Positions 11,981 to 22,358 of a DNA stretch of 64,000 bases are shown in pieces (position 1 is the stretch's first letter; every line of letters starts with the position of its first letter). This stretch comes from Candidatus Kaiserbacteria bacterium. GTDB lineage: Bacteria > Patescibacteriota > Minisyncoccia > Phycocordibacterales > Phycocordibacteraceae. The notes beneath the pieces are model-generated. The model ran no database searches. It was not told the origin of the DNA and saw nothing but the letters and a program-made list of their open reading frames with translations. Location: positions 6,331 through 70,330 of the forward strand of contig JACPGH010000003.1 of NCBI GenBank assembly GCA_016182485.1, written 5' to 3'. Both the position numbers and the translations under genes were made by a program.

Positions 11981-12553
11981 ATGCAGCCCTTTCAGCTGAA
12001 CGTAGAATACTGGTATCGCCTGCTCTACGAATGCCTGCGCGGTACCTGCTACGGTTCGGCGGACACTTTCACCGGGCTATTGATGAGATTATGGTTTTGG
12101 ATAGTAATTGTCGGATACCTGCTCTCGCTAATAGGACTCTTCGTTATAGTCTACGCTACGATGCGCTTATTCGAGCTCCGGAAGCGGGAAGAGGCGTATT
12201 ACACCGAGCTTATAGCTCCCCCAGGAGCGCGGGGTGCGGAGAACCCGCGCTGGCAGCACATCCAATCCCTCATGGAAAGCTCGGACCCGAGCCGCTGGCG
12301 CGAGGCGATCACCGAGGCGGATATCATGCTCGATGACCTGCTGACGCGTAAGGGATATACCGGCGCGAGCATAGGGGAGAAGCTGAAAAGCGCGGTCCGG
12401 TCCGAATTCCGCACGCTCGACGATGCGTGGGAGGCGCACAAGGTGCGCAATCAGATAGCGCATGAAGGTTCTGCTTTCGATCTCTCCGAGAACTTGGCGC
12501 GCCGCACCATCGCCCGCTACGAGAACGTCTTTCGCGAATTCGACGCGCTATAG
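11981..12553 (+). CDS. Hypothetical membrane protein
   Basis: 190-aa ORF, one TM helix, AITEAD...GEKLK...AWEAHKVRNQIAH; -10 box 6 nt upstream of the ATG. Confidence 0.75.
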   Translation: MQPFQLNVEYWYRLLYECLRGTCYGSADTFTGLLMRLWFWIVIVGYLLSLIGLFVIVYATMRLFELRKREEAYYTELIAPPGARGAENPRWQHIQSLMESSDPSRWREAITEADIMLDDLLTRKGYTGASIGEKLKSAVRSEFRTLDDAWEAHKVRNQIAHEGSAFDLSENLARRTIARYENVFREFDAL

Positions 12554-12555
12554 AA

Positions 12556-15264
12556 TCACGCGACCCGCGCGCGGAGAGCAGTCGCGGATGGTGTTTTCCT
12601 ATGCCTTTTTCGGTATGCGAGCTTCCTGAATTCCTCTACTATCACGATAGACGAGGCAATGGCTATGATCGCGAGCCATTCGGAGAAATCGAGCGGTACT
12701 GTACGGAGTATTTTCTGGAAGAAGGGCGTATAGACGGCCGCAAGCTGTAGTGCGACAACAGTCAGCGTAGCCATCACCAGGTAGGCATTGTTGAATGGAT
12801 TCGTCCGGAAGAGAGATGCGTGCGCGGAGCGGCAATTCCATGCGTTAAACCACTGGAAGACGGCGAGTGTCGTAAGGGAGAGCGTCCACCCCTTGGCGAG
12901 ATCCGCTCCGGCGTACCCGTCAAACAGGAAGAGGGTTCCGGCCATCATAGGGAGTGCCATGAACCCCATGCGCCAGAGCATCAACGAATCGATGAGGTAT
13001 CTTCCCGGCCGCTTGAAGGTTTTGAGCAGCAGGCCGCCGTCCTTCGGCTCCATCGCGAGCGCTACGACAAGAAATCCGTCGGTGATGAAGTTCAGCCAGA
13101 TTATCTGCGTCGCAAGGAGCGGCAGGGGATACCCGAGTAGGAGAGCTCCCGTTATCGTCGCGACTTCTCCCAAGCTCGTGGAAAAAAGGTAGAGAACCAC
13201 TTTTTTTATAGTCGCATATATGTTCCTCCCTTCCTCGATCGCGGATAAGATACTGCCGAAATTGTCGTCGAGCAGCACGATGTCCGCAGCCTCTTTCGCG
13301 ACCTCGGTCCCGATCTTGCCCATGGCTACTCCCAGGTCGGCAGCGACCAATGGCGGAGCGTCATTGACTCCGTCGCCGGTCATGGCCACTATCTCCCCGC
13401 GCTTTTTATATGCATTGATGATCCTCAATTTGTGCTCAGGCGTCACGCGAGCGAACACGGACGCCGTCGCGATACGGGCCGTCAGTTCCGCATCGGACAT
13501 TTCATCTATCTCCGATCCGGTCAAGAGCTCGTCCCCTTCTTTGGCGATGCCGGCTTCTTTTGCGATGGCGCGGGCGGTTAGCTCATGATCTCCCGTGATC
13601 ATAACGACCCGGACGCCTGCTAGAGCAGCCTTCTTCATCGCGTCCGCGACTTCCGGGCGTAGCTCGTCCAGCATGCCGAGGAATCCGACGAAAACGAGGC
13701 CGTGCATGGCCTCGGGCGCCAAAGGGCCGGTAAAACCCTCCCGCATGGCGAGCGCCACTACTCGAAGCCCGCCGGCCGACATCGTGGCAAGCATCTTCTG
13801 CGCGGATTCGCGCGCTTCTCTAGAGAACGTCTCGGGCGCGCCGGCGACAAGGGTCTTCGTAGAGAGCGCAAGCACCGCCTCGGGCGCGCCGCTTACTATA
13901 AGAGTGTTTCGCTCGGCCGCCTTGAAGACTACGGCGCGGTATTTAAGCTTATAATCGAAAGGAATTTCCGATACGAGCGGGGATTCGGAAAGCATCTCGC
14001 TCCTCTTGAATCCCGCTTTTTCTCCGAACACCTGTATTGCGGCTTCGGTCGGATCCCCGGCTATCCGCCATCTGTTTTCTTTCTCGGAGAAATACACGCG
14101 TCCGCTCGAGCCCAGGGTCGCCAGCTTCCCTAAAAGAAGCAGTTCCGGATGATTGGCGGCATTTATGACTGAGCCCGCGAGCGAGATCGCTCCTTTAGGC
14201 TCGTAACCGATCCCTCCTATCGAAAACAGCTTGCCGTCCGTCCAGACCTCGCTCACCGTGAGTTCGTTCTTCGTGATAGTCCCGGTCTTATCCACGGCGA
14301 TGACGCGCGCTTGGCCGAGCGCTTCCACCGCCTGCAGTTTTTTCACGAGCGCATTGCGCTTCGACATCCGCCAAACGCCGGTCGCCAGCACGAGCGTTAT
14401 AACGATGGGGAGGCCTTCGGGGATTATCGACACCGCGAGCGAGACGACCGTCGAGAATATAGTAACGACGCTCTCGCCCCGGGCGAGCCCGAGCGCGAAA
14501 AGAGCGCCGCTTATCGCGGCAACTACGACGATGATTACGCGAGAGAGATGGCGGATATTCGCCCTGAGCGGCATTTCCGTATCTATGGATGAGATCGTTC
14601 TCGCTATCGAGCCTATGGCCGTACCCAGGCCGGTTTCGACGACTACGGCTCGGCCGTTGCCCGCTACCACCGTGGTGCCCTTGAAAACCATGTTCCGCCG
14701 GTCGGCATCCGGCCCATCTGCCTCGGCCGCCTCGGCCGTTTTGTGCGCGGGGACGGATTCTCCCGTGAGGGCCGCTTCATCGGTCCTCAGATCATTTGAA
14801 ACTAGCACGCGGGCGTCCGCTGGCACTTTCTCGCCTTCCCGTAGGGAGAGAATATCGCCGCGCACGACCTCGCGGTCCGGAATGACCATCTCCGTCTCGT
14901 CTCGTACGACAGTGGCCGTCGTATTGACATACTGTTTCAAAGCGGACAGCGTATTCTGGGCCCGTCCCTCCTGAATAGAGCCGATGATCGCGTTGAATAG
15001 GAGGACGGCTAGTATGATAGCTCCGTCCGCTGTCTCTCCGAGGAGAAACACGGTGACGGCTGCGGCCAGCAGTATGTAAATGAGCGGACTCTTGAATTGC
15101 CGCAGGAATATTTCCGCGACGGTGTCCGGCTGCTTTTCCGGCAGGACGTTAGGCCCCTCGTCTTGCAAACGCCGGGCCGCTTCTTCGACGGAGAGTCCGG
15201 CCGCTTTCGCATGCAATAACTCGAAAATCATCGTCGGTTCTTCCGCACTCCAAGACCTACCCAT
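12556..15264 (-). CDS. Cation-transporting P-type ATPase (type IIA, Ca2+-like)
   Basis: TGES, IPEGL, DKTGT, MITGD, MTGDGVNDAP motifs. Confidence 0.95.
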   Translation of the reverse strand: MGRSWSAEEPTMIFELLHAKAAGLSVEEAARRLQDEGPNVLPEKQPDTVAEIFLRQFKSPLIYILLAAAVTVFLLGETADGAIILAVLLFNAIIGSIQEGRAQNTLSALKQYVNTTATVVRDETEMVIPDREVVRGDILSLREGEKVPADARVLVSNDLRTDEAALTGESVPAHKTAEAAEADGPDADRRNMVFKGTTVVAGNGRAVVVETGLGTAIGSIARTISSIDTEMPLRANIRHLSRVIIVVVAAISGALFALGLARGESVVTIFSTVVSLAVSIIPEGLPIVITLVLATGVWRMSKRNALVKKLQAVEALGQARVIAVDKTGTITKNELTVSEVWTDGKLFSIGGIGYEPKGAISLAGSVINAANHPELLLLGKLATLGSSGRVYFSEKENRWRIAGDPTEAAIQVFGEKAGFKRSEMLSESPLVSEIPFDYKLKYRAVVFKAAERNTLIVSGAPEAVLALSTKTLVAGAPETFSREARESAQKMLATMSAGGLRVVALAMREGFTGPLAPEAMHGLVFVGFLGMLDELRPEVADAMKKAALAGVRVVMITGDHELTARAIAKEAGIAKEGDELLTGSEIDEMSDAELTARIATASVFARVTPEHKLRIINAYKKRGEIVAMTGDGVNDAPPLVAADLGVAMGKIGTEVAKEAADIVLLDDNFGSILSAIEEGRNIYATIKKVVLYLFSTSLGEVATITGALLLGYPLPLLATQIIWLNFITDGFLVVALAMEPKDGGLLLKTFKRPGRYLIDSLMLWRMGFMALPMMAGTLFLFDGYAGADLAKGWTLSLTTLAVFQWFNAWNCRSAHASLFRTNPFNNAYLVMATLTVVALQLAAVYTPFFQKILRTVPLDFSEWLAIIAIASSIVIVEEFRKLAYRKRHRKTPSATALRARVA

Positions 15265-15355
15265 TCTCTTTAGAATACCATTCTCTCAATTTGCACGAAT
15301 ACGGGAGGTCCCGGTTGATGTTGCAAGCATGAGCAATTCGACTATACTTATACAC

Positions 15356-15428
15356 AGCGGGGTAGAGGAGTCTGGTACCTCGGGAGGCCCATAACCTCCA
15401 GGCGTCGGTTCAAATCCGACCCCCGCAA
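15356..15428 (+). tRNA. tRNA-Met(CAT), initiator type
   Basis: Cloverleaf: AGCGGGG/CCCCGCA acceptor with 1:72 mismatch, GAGG/CCTC D-stem (A11:U24), GGAGG-CCCATAA-CCTCC anticodon arm, GTCGG-TTCAAAT-CCGAC T arm; CCA not encoded. Confidence 0.92.
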
Positions 15429-15521
15429 CAAATTTTCAGAGAAAATTTGTGGCGAGGCTCGCCATAGACTCGCCTACGGCGGTCAAGGCGGCCCGCAACT
15501 GAACAGTGCTAGAGTTAGTCT

Positions 15522-15794
15522 ATGTACTTCGCTTACATTTTGGTAAGCGAACTGGATAAGCGTACCTATGTCGGTTTCTCGGATAATGTTGAGCGACGAC
15601 TAACTCAGCACAATGCTGGGCAAGTCACAGCGACGAAGCATCGCCGTCCGCTCCGCATATTCCATCAAGAAGAGTTTCAAACATTGAAAGAAGCAAAAAC
15701 GCGAGAATTGTGGTGGAAAAGTGGCAGCGGACGAAACGAATTAAAGAAGCTTTTCGCATCTAAAAATTGTAACGCCAGCTGTGCCCGTCCGTAG
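15522..15794 (+). CDS. Small GIY-YIG nuclease family protein
   Basis: MYFAYIL...TYVGFSDNVERRLTQHN...EAKTRELWWKSGSGR. Confidence 0.9.
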   Translation: MYFAYILVSELDKRTYVGFSDNVERRLTQHNAGQVTATKHRRPLRIFHQEEFQTLKEAKTRELWWKSGSGRNELKKLFASKNCNASCARP

Positions 15795-16083
15795 CCTTTG
15801 GCGGAGGAGGGGAACTAGTACCGTTCCCCGTCAAAGTCGATACTGTACCGGCGCCCCTGTTCGGCTAGAAAAGCGAGCAAAAACCACGAAAGTGGTTTTT
15901 GCGTTTTCAGCATATACAGCATATATCCCAGTTCGATTCCGACTCTCGTATTCGGCGATGTTTCGTGTCGTGATCACGCCCGAAATGACCCGATTTCGAG
16001 CATGGGGGTTGGAATCGAACCGGAGAAACTCACTGATTACAACAGTTCTTGATTTCCCGCCCTCTCTAGGGAACGAGCGTTTT

Positions 16084-16960
16084 CTAACCAATAGCTTGGA
16101 AACGTTTTGATGATAACGCCTGTAACGGCGTGCACAACTGAAGGCCGAAGTGAAGCCGCCGACCGTTATAGTGCGGAAGGTACTTTGCTAGTGCCTTGTT
16201 GAGCGCTTCGACGGTTCGCGACACCCCGTCGAGACACTCTTCCTGCAAGGTACGGTTGAATCGCTCCAAATGCGCATTGTCGTTCGGCCGGCGCACGCGC
16301 GAATGCCTGTGCACGGAGAATACTCGATCGGTGAACCATTGCGCCCATTCGCTCCCATGGTCGCTTTGGAGCGTTTTAAAGCGAAACGGCGCTAGCCGTT
16401 GGGCCCGCTGCACGAACCGCAAGGCCATGACCGTATTTGCATGCGGATACGCCCGGGCATATGCCCAGCGGCTGAACACATCAATGAGCGTGAAGACATA
16501 CACTCGCTGGCCTTCCGGTGTGAGGAGATGGATCGTATCGACCTGCACCAAATCGCCCGGCTTCTCGACATCCGGGCGCATTAGTGGCGGATGATACCGT
16601 TTCCAAGGCGAGCGCTTCTTCAAGAGACCCAGGCGGTCGAGCGTGCGCTTGACCGTCGAAAGCGAGACCGCCATGCCGTCGTTGATGAGTTCCTGGTGTA
16701 CGACCTCCGCGCTCCGCTTGAGAAGGAGCCGCTTGTGGAAGATTTTCCATACGAGCTCGGCAGAAAGCGCCTTGGGGTGATGCTTTGGGCGCGAGGACAG
16801 CGTGGGGATCGGATGATTGCCGTATCGCTTCGCCTTAGCCATCCATTTCGTGATAGTGCCTGGAGACACGCCGATGTATCGGGCGACTTGCCGGATTCCC
16901 CAGCCTCGGCGTACGAGCTGCGTGGCATCCCGGCGGACTTTCGGAAGATACGGATTTACC
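16084..16960 (-). mobile_element. IS481/IS3-like DDE (rve) transposase, 5' end apparently truncated
   Basis: HTH (WGIRQVARYIGVSPGTITKW), VQVDT, IDVFSR, QSDHGSEW, NAHLERFNRTLQEE; upstream of NPYLPKVRR the frame runs into antisense ABC-F sequence; no TIRs recognised. Confidence 0.8.
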
Positions 16961-18400
16961 GAACCGACCTCCGGGCGCGTGGATACCATTGGAAAGATAC
17001 AGTATGTTCCGCAATTGTATTTCGCGCTCTTCGAACAAGCCGACACTGTGGCTGCGTTTCTCGAAAATAGGAGCATCTCTTGGCCGCTCGTACAGGCATC
17101 ACTCAATCGGATCTTCGGTATCACAAATGTCACACAGGATAAAGAAATGCGGGCACTATCCGGAGGCGAGCTCGCCAAGCTGTTGATTGCGATAGCTGAT
17201 ACGGGCAATCCCGACATTCTCTTGCTTGATGAGCCAACTAATCATCTCGACGCCGAGGGATTGGAAGTATTGAAGAACTATCTTCTTACGTTTAATGGGG
17301 CATTCATTGTGGTATCCCATGACCCCTTATTCCTGGATCACGTCATATCTACCATTTGGGAGATTGACAGAGGGGCTATTGCTCGCTTTGGCGGCAACTA
17401 CTCGGAGTACCAGGAACAGAAGCGATTGATCGAGGAAGCTCGCGAACGCGATTTTGAAGCAGCAAAGAAAGATGTTAAGAAAGCGCGCAGAGCAATCGAA
17501 GCTCGCGAGACACGCGTAGCCCGTGCGAATCGAGCGGGGAAGCAGTCGAAGGCTGAACCGAGCCGAGATAAGTTTGCCGAAGGATTTTTCCGTGGTCAAT
17601 CTGAGAAGACGGCTGGGAAACTAAAGCGCCAACAGGACCAAATGATTGAGGATCGTCAGCTGCGTGTCTCGCAGTTACAAAAGCCAAAGCGGAAGACAAC
17701 GCACGTTGTTCTTGAAGCTGGCGCTGAACAGTCTAAGCGGATGCTCGTCAGTGTATCGAACGGCTCATTGAGTATAGAAGGTAGAAGTCTAGTGCGGGAC
17801 ATTGGACTGCGGATAGAATTTGGCGACCGCATTGTCTTCACTGGTAAGAATGGTTCGGGGAAGAGTCTTTTGGTTAAGGCACTTATGGGTATGCAGGGAC
17901 CGTTCTCGTTTGAGGGAGTAGTCAAGCGCGGCGAAAGTCTCAAGACGGTCTACATGGATCAGAAGTATCAATCTATCGATCCCGAACTATCCATTCTCGA
18001 TAATCTTCTGCAGGCAAATCCACATTTGGATGAGAACGCAGCAAGAAATCAGCTCGGCAAGTTCTTATTCGGTGCAGATTCGAGCGTCAAGAAGCAAGCC
18101 GGGACGCTCTCAGGCGGCGAAACCGCTTGTCTCGTTCTTGCTCAAGTGACGTCCTCGCCGATTGATCTGCTTGTGCTCGACGAACCTACGAACAATCTTG
18201 ATATTGAGGCGCTCGATATCATCGCCGATGCCCTTGGGGATTTCCCAGGTGCGCTGGTAGTCATATCGCATAACGTGCATTTTTTATCGAGACTCGAAAC
18301 TGAACGTGCGTACGTCATAACCGGAGAGAGATTGAAGGAGATGAGATTCTTGCCTGAGGACGAAGCCGAGTTTTATTCAGAGCTTGTTGCGGCAGAATAA
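16958..18400 (+). pseudogene. ABC-F family ATPase (ribosome-protection-like), 5'-truncated
   Basis: LSGGE, LLLDEPTNHLD, VSHD, long charged linker, second NBD with GKNGSGKS; first Walker A and a credible start are missing, similarity begins at EPTSGRV. Confidence 0.75.
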
Positions 18401-18402
18401 CC

Positions 18403-18544
18403 AAAAGACGGGCGCTGGAATCGAACTACGCTGCGCAAAGCAAAAAATGGGGACAGGAATCGAACTCCGAGCCTATTCTGACGATGTTCGTTATCTTATA
18501 CGACCGCGAGAGATAACGAACATCGGATTTGAATACTTTCCGCC
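18403..18544 (+). repeat. 142-bp intergenic direct repeat, copy 1 (copy 2 at 22079-22220)
   Basis: Two mismatches between copies; contains two GGAATCGAAC motifs and a 15-bp hairpin cgatgttcgttatct...agataacgaacatcg. Confidence 0.93.
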
Positions 18545-18615
18545 CCGACAGGCTACCTGATTTTCTTAGCGGTACGCCTTAAAAAATAAAAGTACTCTTG
18601 TGGTGCATCACGCAG

Positions 18616-18648
18616 GCAAAAGCCGCTCTTTCGAGCGGTTTTTTTGCG
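18616..18648. terminator. Intrinsic terminator (probably bidirectional)
   Basis: gcaaaa-gccgctc-tttc-gagcggt-tttttt between convergent genes. Confidence 0.75.
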
Positions 18649-18660
18649 TTTGGAGTGTAC

Positions 18661-19245
18661 CTATTCAGACAAATCTTCGAGTGGCTTAGTCACCTTGTTT
18701 CGGAGCTTATTTTCTGAAGTTAAGGAAAGCAGAATACTTAATCCATGATCGTCGGCATTATTCACCGCGTCGAACGTGGCCTGATCAGCGAAATATACAT
18801 TGACCCCATTTTCGATCATGGCATCAAGGGCTGATGCATAATGGGTTTCTGAGATGGGCGTCACAGGATCGCGGCTCGTCCATTCTTTTTCTCCCATGCC
18901 AAGGTTAGGGTCAAAGTTAAAGGCGTTGCTTGAAACCTCATACATGGTTCCTCCGTGGTCCCTTTTGAGGAAATCATCCCTGTTCATGCAAATGGTCACG
19001 TAAGGTACGTCGCTGAAATATCCTATTTGCATCCAACTGTCGTCGTGACCCTCTACCAAGAATATCGACGCGAGCTCCTTATTAGGAGTAGCAAAAATGA
19101 CAGCACCTTCATTCTCACCGCGGTTGCGGCCTTCTCGCGGAGTCAGCTCCTGCAGGTTCGGGGTCTGGGCTGCAATATAAAGAACAGGCGGCTTTTCTTT
19201 CTTTTCAATACTCTGCCATTCCCGATTTCCCTCGGGACCTTCCAT
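18661..19245 (-). CDS. Hypothetical protein
   Basis: ORF starting MEGPEGNRE with a -10-like TATATT 6 nt upstream. Confidence 0.7.
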   Translation of the reverse strand: MEGPEGNREWQSIEKKEKPPVLYIAAQTPNLQELTPREGRNRGENEGAVIFATPNKELASIFLVEGHDDSWMQIGYFSDVPYVTICMNRDDFLKRDHGGTMYEVSSNAFNFDPNLGMGEKEWTSRDPVTPISETHYASALDAMIENGVNVYFADQATFDAVNNADDHGLSILLSLTSENKLRNKVTKPLEDLSE

Positions 19246-19302
19246 ATTAGAAATATAGCACAGTACTGCCCACGCCTGTTCGCCTCGCAGGAGTATACTT
19301 TC

Positions 19303-20373
19303 ATGATGGAAGACAGGATTGCAGAAATTGCTGGAGCGGCGATAGAGGGGCATACGTTTCCGGGGTGCGTCGTGGGCGTAGTGCGGAAAGACGGCGAGCG
19401 ACTAATTCTGCCGTTTGGTCATTTCACATACGAACCAAGTTCTCCGGCGGTCAGGGCAAATTCTATGTATGACACAGCTTCCATTACAAAGTCCATTCCA
19501 ACCGGCAGTCTGTGTCTTCAAATGATCGACCAGGGAAAGCTTAAGGTTACGGACAAACTTATCGATTATGTTCCGGAATTCAATAATTCGGACCGAGAAA
19601 ATGTTCTCATAAAGCACCTGCTAACATATACCATCGACGGATACGGTCTCGCCTCGACTCTTGACGGTCGTGATACGATTCAAAGCAAAACCGCGGAGCA
19701 GCTATTGCATCTACTCCTCACTCACGATTTCGAGAAGCGTCCGGGCACTGTTTTCAAGTACACAAATATACCCGCCGCGCTTTTGGGTCTCGTGATCGAG
19801 CGGCTGACCGGAAAGACAATTGACGTGCTTGCCGACGAGCATTTCTTCGTGCCCTTAGGAATGAGCCGGAGCACTTTTTATCCCGAGAAGTTTCCAATTG
19901 AGGAAATACCGCCAACAGAAATAGACAGTTGGCGCGGAGAAGTTCGCGGCGCGGTGCACGATGAGAGCGCTTACATAGCTAAACGCGATGGCAAAATATT
20001 TGGTCACGCTGGCCTCTTCTCTACGGCCGGCGATATTCTTTCTTTTCTTGGAATGCTTCTCGACGGCGGGACCTTAAGTGGAAAGAGGTTCTTTTCAGAA
20101 GATATCATCCGACATATGGAAACCAATCAAATTCCGGAACTCAACGACTTCACTGGCCTGGGCTGGGAATTAAATCAACCGCGCTATATGGGCAAATACT
20201 GCGGCGAGCACACGTTCGGCAAAACCGGCTTTACGGGGACGCTATGTGTTGTTGACCGCCAGAAAGGGGTCGCGTACGCAATTCTTTCTAATCGTATTTA
20301 CCCGAAGCGAGCCAAGGACTCTTCGGCGATCAACGCCTTCCGAGCGGCCATAGGAGAAATTATCTTGTCGTAA
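19303..20373 (+). CDS. Serine hydrolase, beta-lactamase/AmpC-like family
   Basis: SxxK (ASITK), YxN (FKYTN), GHAGLFST, GKTGFTGT. Confidence 0.9.
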   Translation: MMEDRIAEIAGAAIEGHTFPGCVVGVVRKDGERLILPFGHFTYEPSSPAVRANSMYDTASITKSIPTGSLCLQMIDQGKLKVTDKLIDYVPEFNNSDRENVLIKHLLTYTIDGYGLASTLDGRDTIQSKTAEQLLHLLLTHDFEKRPGTVFKYTNIPAALLGLVIERLTGKTIDVLADEHFFVPLGMSRSTFYPEKFPIEEIPPTEIDSWRGEVRGAVHDESAYIAKRDGKIFGHAGLFSTAGDILSFLGMLLDGGTLSGKRFFSEDIIRHMETNQIPELNDFTGLGWELNQPRYMGKYCGEHTFGKTGFTGTLCVVDRQKGVAYAILSNRIYPKRAKDSSAINAFRAAIGEIILS

Positions 20374-20471
20374 TCCTTAATAGCGCAAGAAAAAAGCCCT
20401 TAAATGCTAGTTCCCGTCCGGGCCGTCGTTTAATGGGGGCAGGAATACCAGACTCAAGCTATACTTAGCGC

Positions 20472-20855
20472 ATGAAAACTATCCTTATTGATGCCGTAGA
20501 TGCCTTCGTTATAGAAGGCGAGGGCATCTATAAGCCGCTTTACGATCTGCTTGAGAAGTACTCGAATCGAAAGATCATTCTTACGAACGCCAACGATGAA
20601 CAGATGGTCAAATTCGGCCTGAACGATATGCCCTATGAGGTTTTCACACTCAAGCACAATCCTGACAAACCAGACCCAGCCTACTTTAAAACCATGCTTG
20701 CGCATTTCGGCCTAAAACCAGGAGATGTCCTTTATTTTGAACACAACCCAGATGCGGTTAAGGGCGCAGAGTCAGTCGGTATCCTCTCCTATTACTACGA
20801 CAGCGAGAAAAAGGATGTCGGGACCCTTAAGGAATTCCTTGACGCGAACCTATGA
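20472..20855 (+). CDS. HAD-like hydrolase, short
   Basis: KTILIDA, ILTNA, DKPDP motifs. Confidence 0.7.
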   Translation: MKTILIDAVDAFVIEGEGIYKPLYDLLEKYSNRKIILTNANDEQMVKFGLNDMPYEVFTLKHNPDKPDPAYFKTMLAHFGLKPGDVLYFEHNPDAVKGAESVGILSYYYDSEKKDVGTLKEFLDANL

Positions 20856-21026
20856 CCATCTCGTACGACGATTTTGAGAAAGTAGATATCCGAGTCGGGA
20901 AGATACTTGAGGCACAGGATTTCCCAGAGGCGCGGAATCCAGCATTCATGCTGAAGATCGATTTCGGTAAGGAGATTGGTGTCAAAGTCTCGAGCGTGTG
21001 TCGAGATTGGCAGCAAACTACAGTAA
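20852..21026 (+). pseudogene. Internally deleted copy of the CsaA-like tRNA-binding protein gene
   Basis: Matches 24402-24740 up to KVSSV, then jumps out of frame to sequence encoding VEIGSKLQ*. Confidence 0.85.
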
Positions 21027-21029
21027 TCT

Positions 21030-21323
21030 ATGAAGCTCAAAAACGATAAGTATAAAAAGGCGCGAGGAGGGTATTCTCGATTGTTGGATATCGCCTGTCA
21101 GAAATGTGGCATCTCCATTTGTGAGTACCAAAAAGACGGAGCAGGAAACTTGCGACGAATGTATGTCGACAGGATTATTGATCCTAAGATTTCTTTGGCC
21201 CGAAAAGACCTGACTTGTCCGAAACGACATTTGTTGGGAGTGAAGATAATTTACGAAAAAGAGAAAAGACCGGCGTTCAGGTTGTTTGTTGATTCGGTTA
21301 CAAAAAGGATTATTAAAATCTGA
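21030..21323 (+). CDS. Small basic Cys-containing hypothetical protein
   Basis: CQKC...YQKDG...LRRMYVDRI...CPKRH. Confidence 0.7.
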   Translation: MKLKNDKYKKARGGYSRLLDIACQKCGISICEYQKDGAGNLRRMYVDRIIDPKISLARKDLTCPKRHLLGVKIIYEKEKRPAFRLFVDSVTKRIIKI

Positions 21324-21324
21324 G

Positions 21325-22077
21325 ATGGAAACAAACGGTAGTCTAATACAAACTTGCCAAAAATTGATTGATGCCTACAAAACAGGCAAGATTGGACAGA
21401 CTCGTATGCCGGAAGATTCGAATCCTGGGTTCGCTGAAGATAAATGGGATATGCGTCTCGCTTACTTCACTTTACCAATGGCACTCAACTATCAGCGGGA
21501 TAGCTATAAACTCTGGGAGGCAGCACTCGAGACTTTTCGTGATCCAGAAACGCACTTTGTGTTTGATATCGCAGAGGTTTCTTCAAGACGAGAAGAGGAA
21601 GTAAGAGCAGCGCTACTGAAACATAGACTTGCATTGCAGCCGAATAAACATATCCATACGTGGCGCATCATTGCCACGACCGTGAAGAATAATTGGGGCT
21701 CGTTCGATAATTTTATGAAGGCCACAGACGGAGATTTTCTTAAACTCAAGCAACTCGTCCAGTCTGATTTCAAGAAAGGATTCCCGTATCTTTCGGGACC
21801 GAAAATCTTCAATTACTGGTCGTTCATTATCAGCACGTACGGAGGAGTCAACCTCAAGAATAGATATCAGATTGATATCGCGCCGGACACCCACATTATT
21901 CAGTGCTCGGTGAAGCTTGGTGTCATCACGCAAGGTGAGGCCGAGAAACTGTCGAAAGAGAATATCTCGCAACGCTGGAGAGAGATTCTGAAGGGAAGCG
22001 GTATCGACCCGATAGATATGCATCCGCCTCTTTGGTTTTGGAGTAGAAACAATTTCATATTTGATCAGATTGGCTAA
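21325..22077 (+). CDS. Hypothetical protein, possibly HhH DNA-glycosylase-like fold
   Basis: YLSGPKI and IAPDTHI resemble HhH/GPD motifs. Confidence 0.55.
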   Translation: METNGSLIQTCQKLIDAYKTGKIGQTRMPEDSNPGFAEDKWDMRLAYFTLPMALNYQRDSYKLWEAALETFRDPETHFVFDIAEVSSRREEEVRAALLKHRLALQPNKHIHTWRIIATTVKNNWGSFDNFMKATDGDFLKLKQLVQSDFKKGFPYLSGPKIFNYWSFIISTYGGVNLKNRYQIDIAPDTHIIQCSVKLGVITQGEAEKLSKENISQRWREILKGSGIDPIDMHPPLWFWSRNNFIFDQIG

Positions 22078-22078
22078 T

Positions 22079-22220
22079 AAAAGACGGGCGCTGGAATCGA
22101 ACTACGCTGCGCAAAGCAAAAAATGGGGACAGGAATCGAACTCTGAGCCTATTCTGACGATGTTCGTTATCTTATACGACCGCGAGAGATAACAAACATC
22201 GGATTTGAATACTTTCCGCC
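22079..22220 (+). repeat. 142-bp intergenic direct repeat, copy 2
   Basis: Near-identical to 18403-18544. Confidence 0.93.
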
Positions 22221-22358
22221 GTCTGGTTGTAGAATGCCAGTTCATTTCGTCAGGGGTAGTATAGTACCGCCAGGCATCTGACTCCGTAAAGAGCACAAAA
22301 GTCGCGATGTACGTCGCGGCATTTGTGTTTGTCCAGGCACGCTATACTATGAATCATC

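Noticed and set aside
15931-16020. Additional tRNA at GTTCGATTCC/GGAATCGAAC motifs
   Set aside because: Only T-loop-like words; no cloverleaf could be built.
18403-22220. Repeats as a CRISPR array
   Set aside because: Only two 142-bp copies 3.7 kb apart, no regular spacers, no cas genes.
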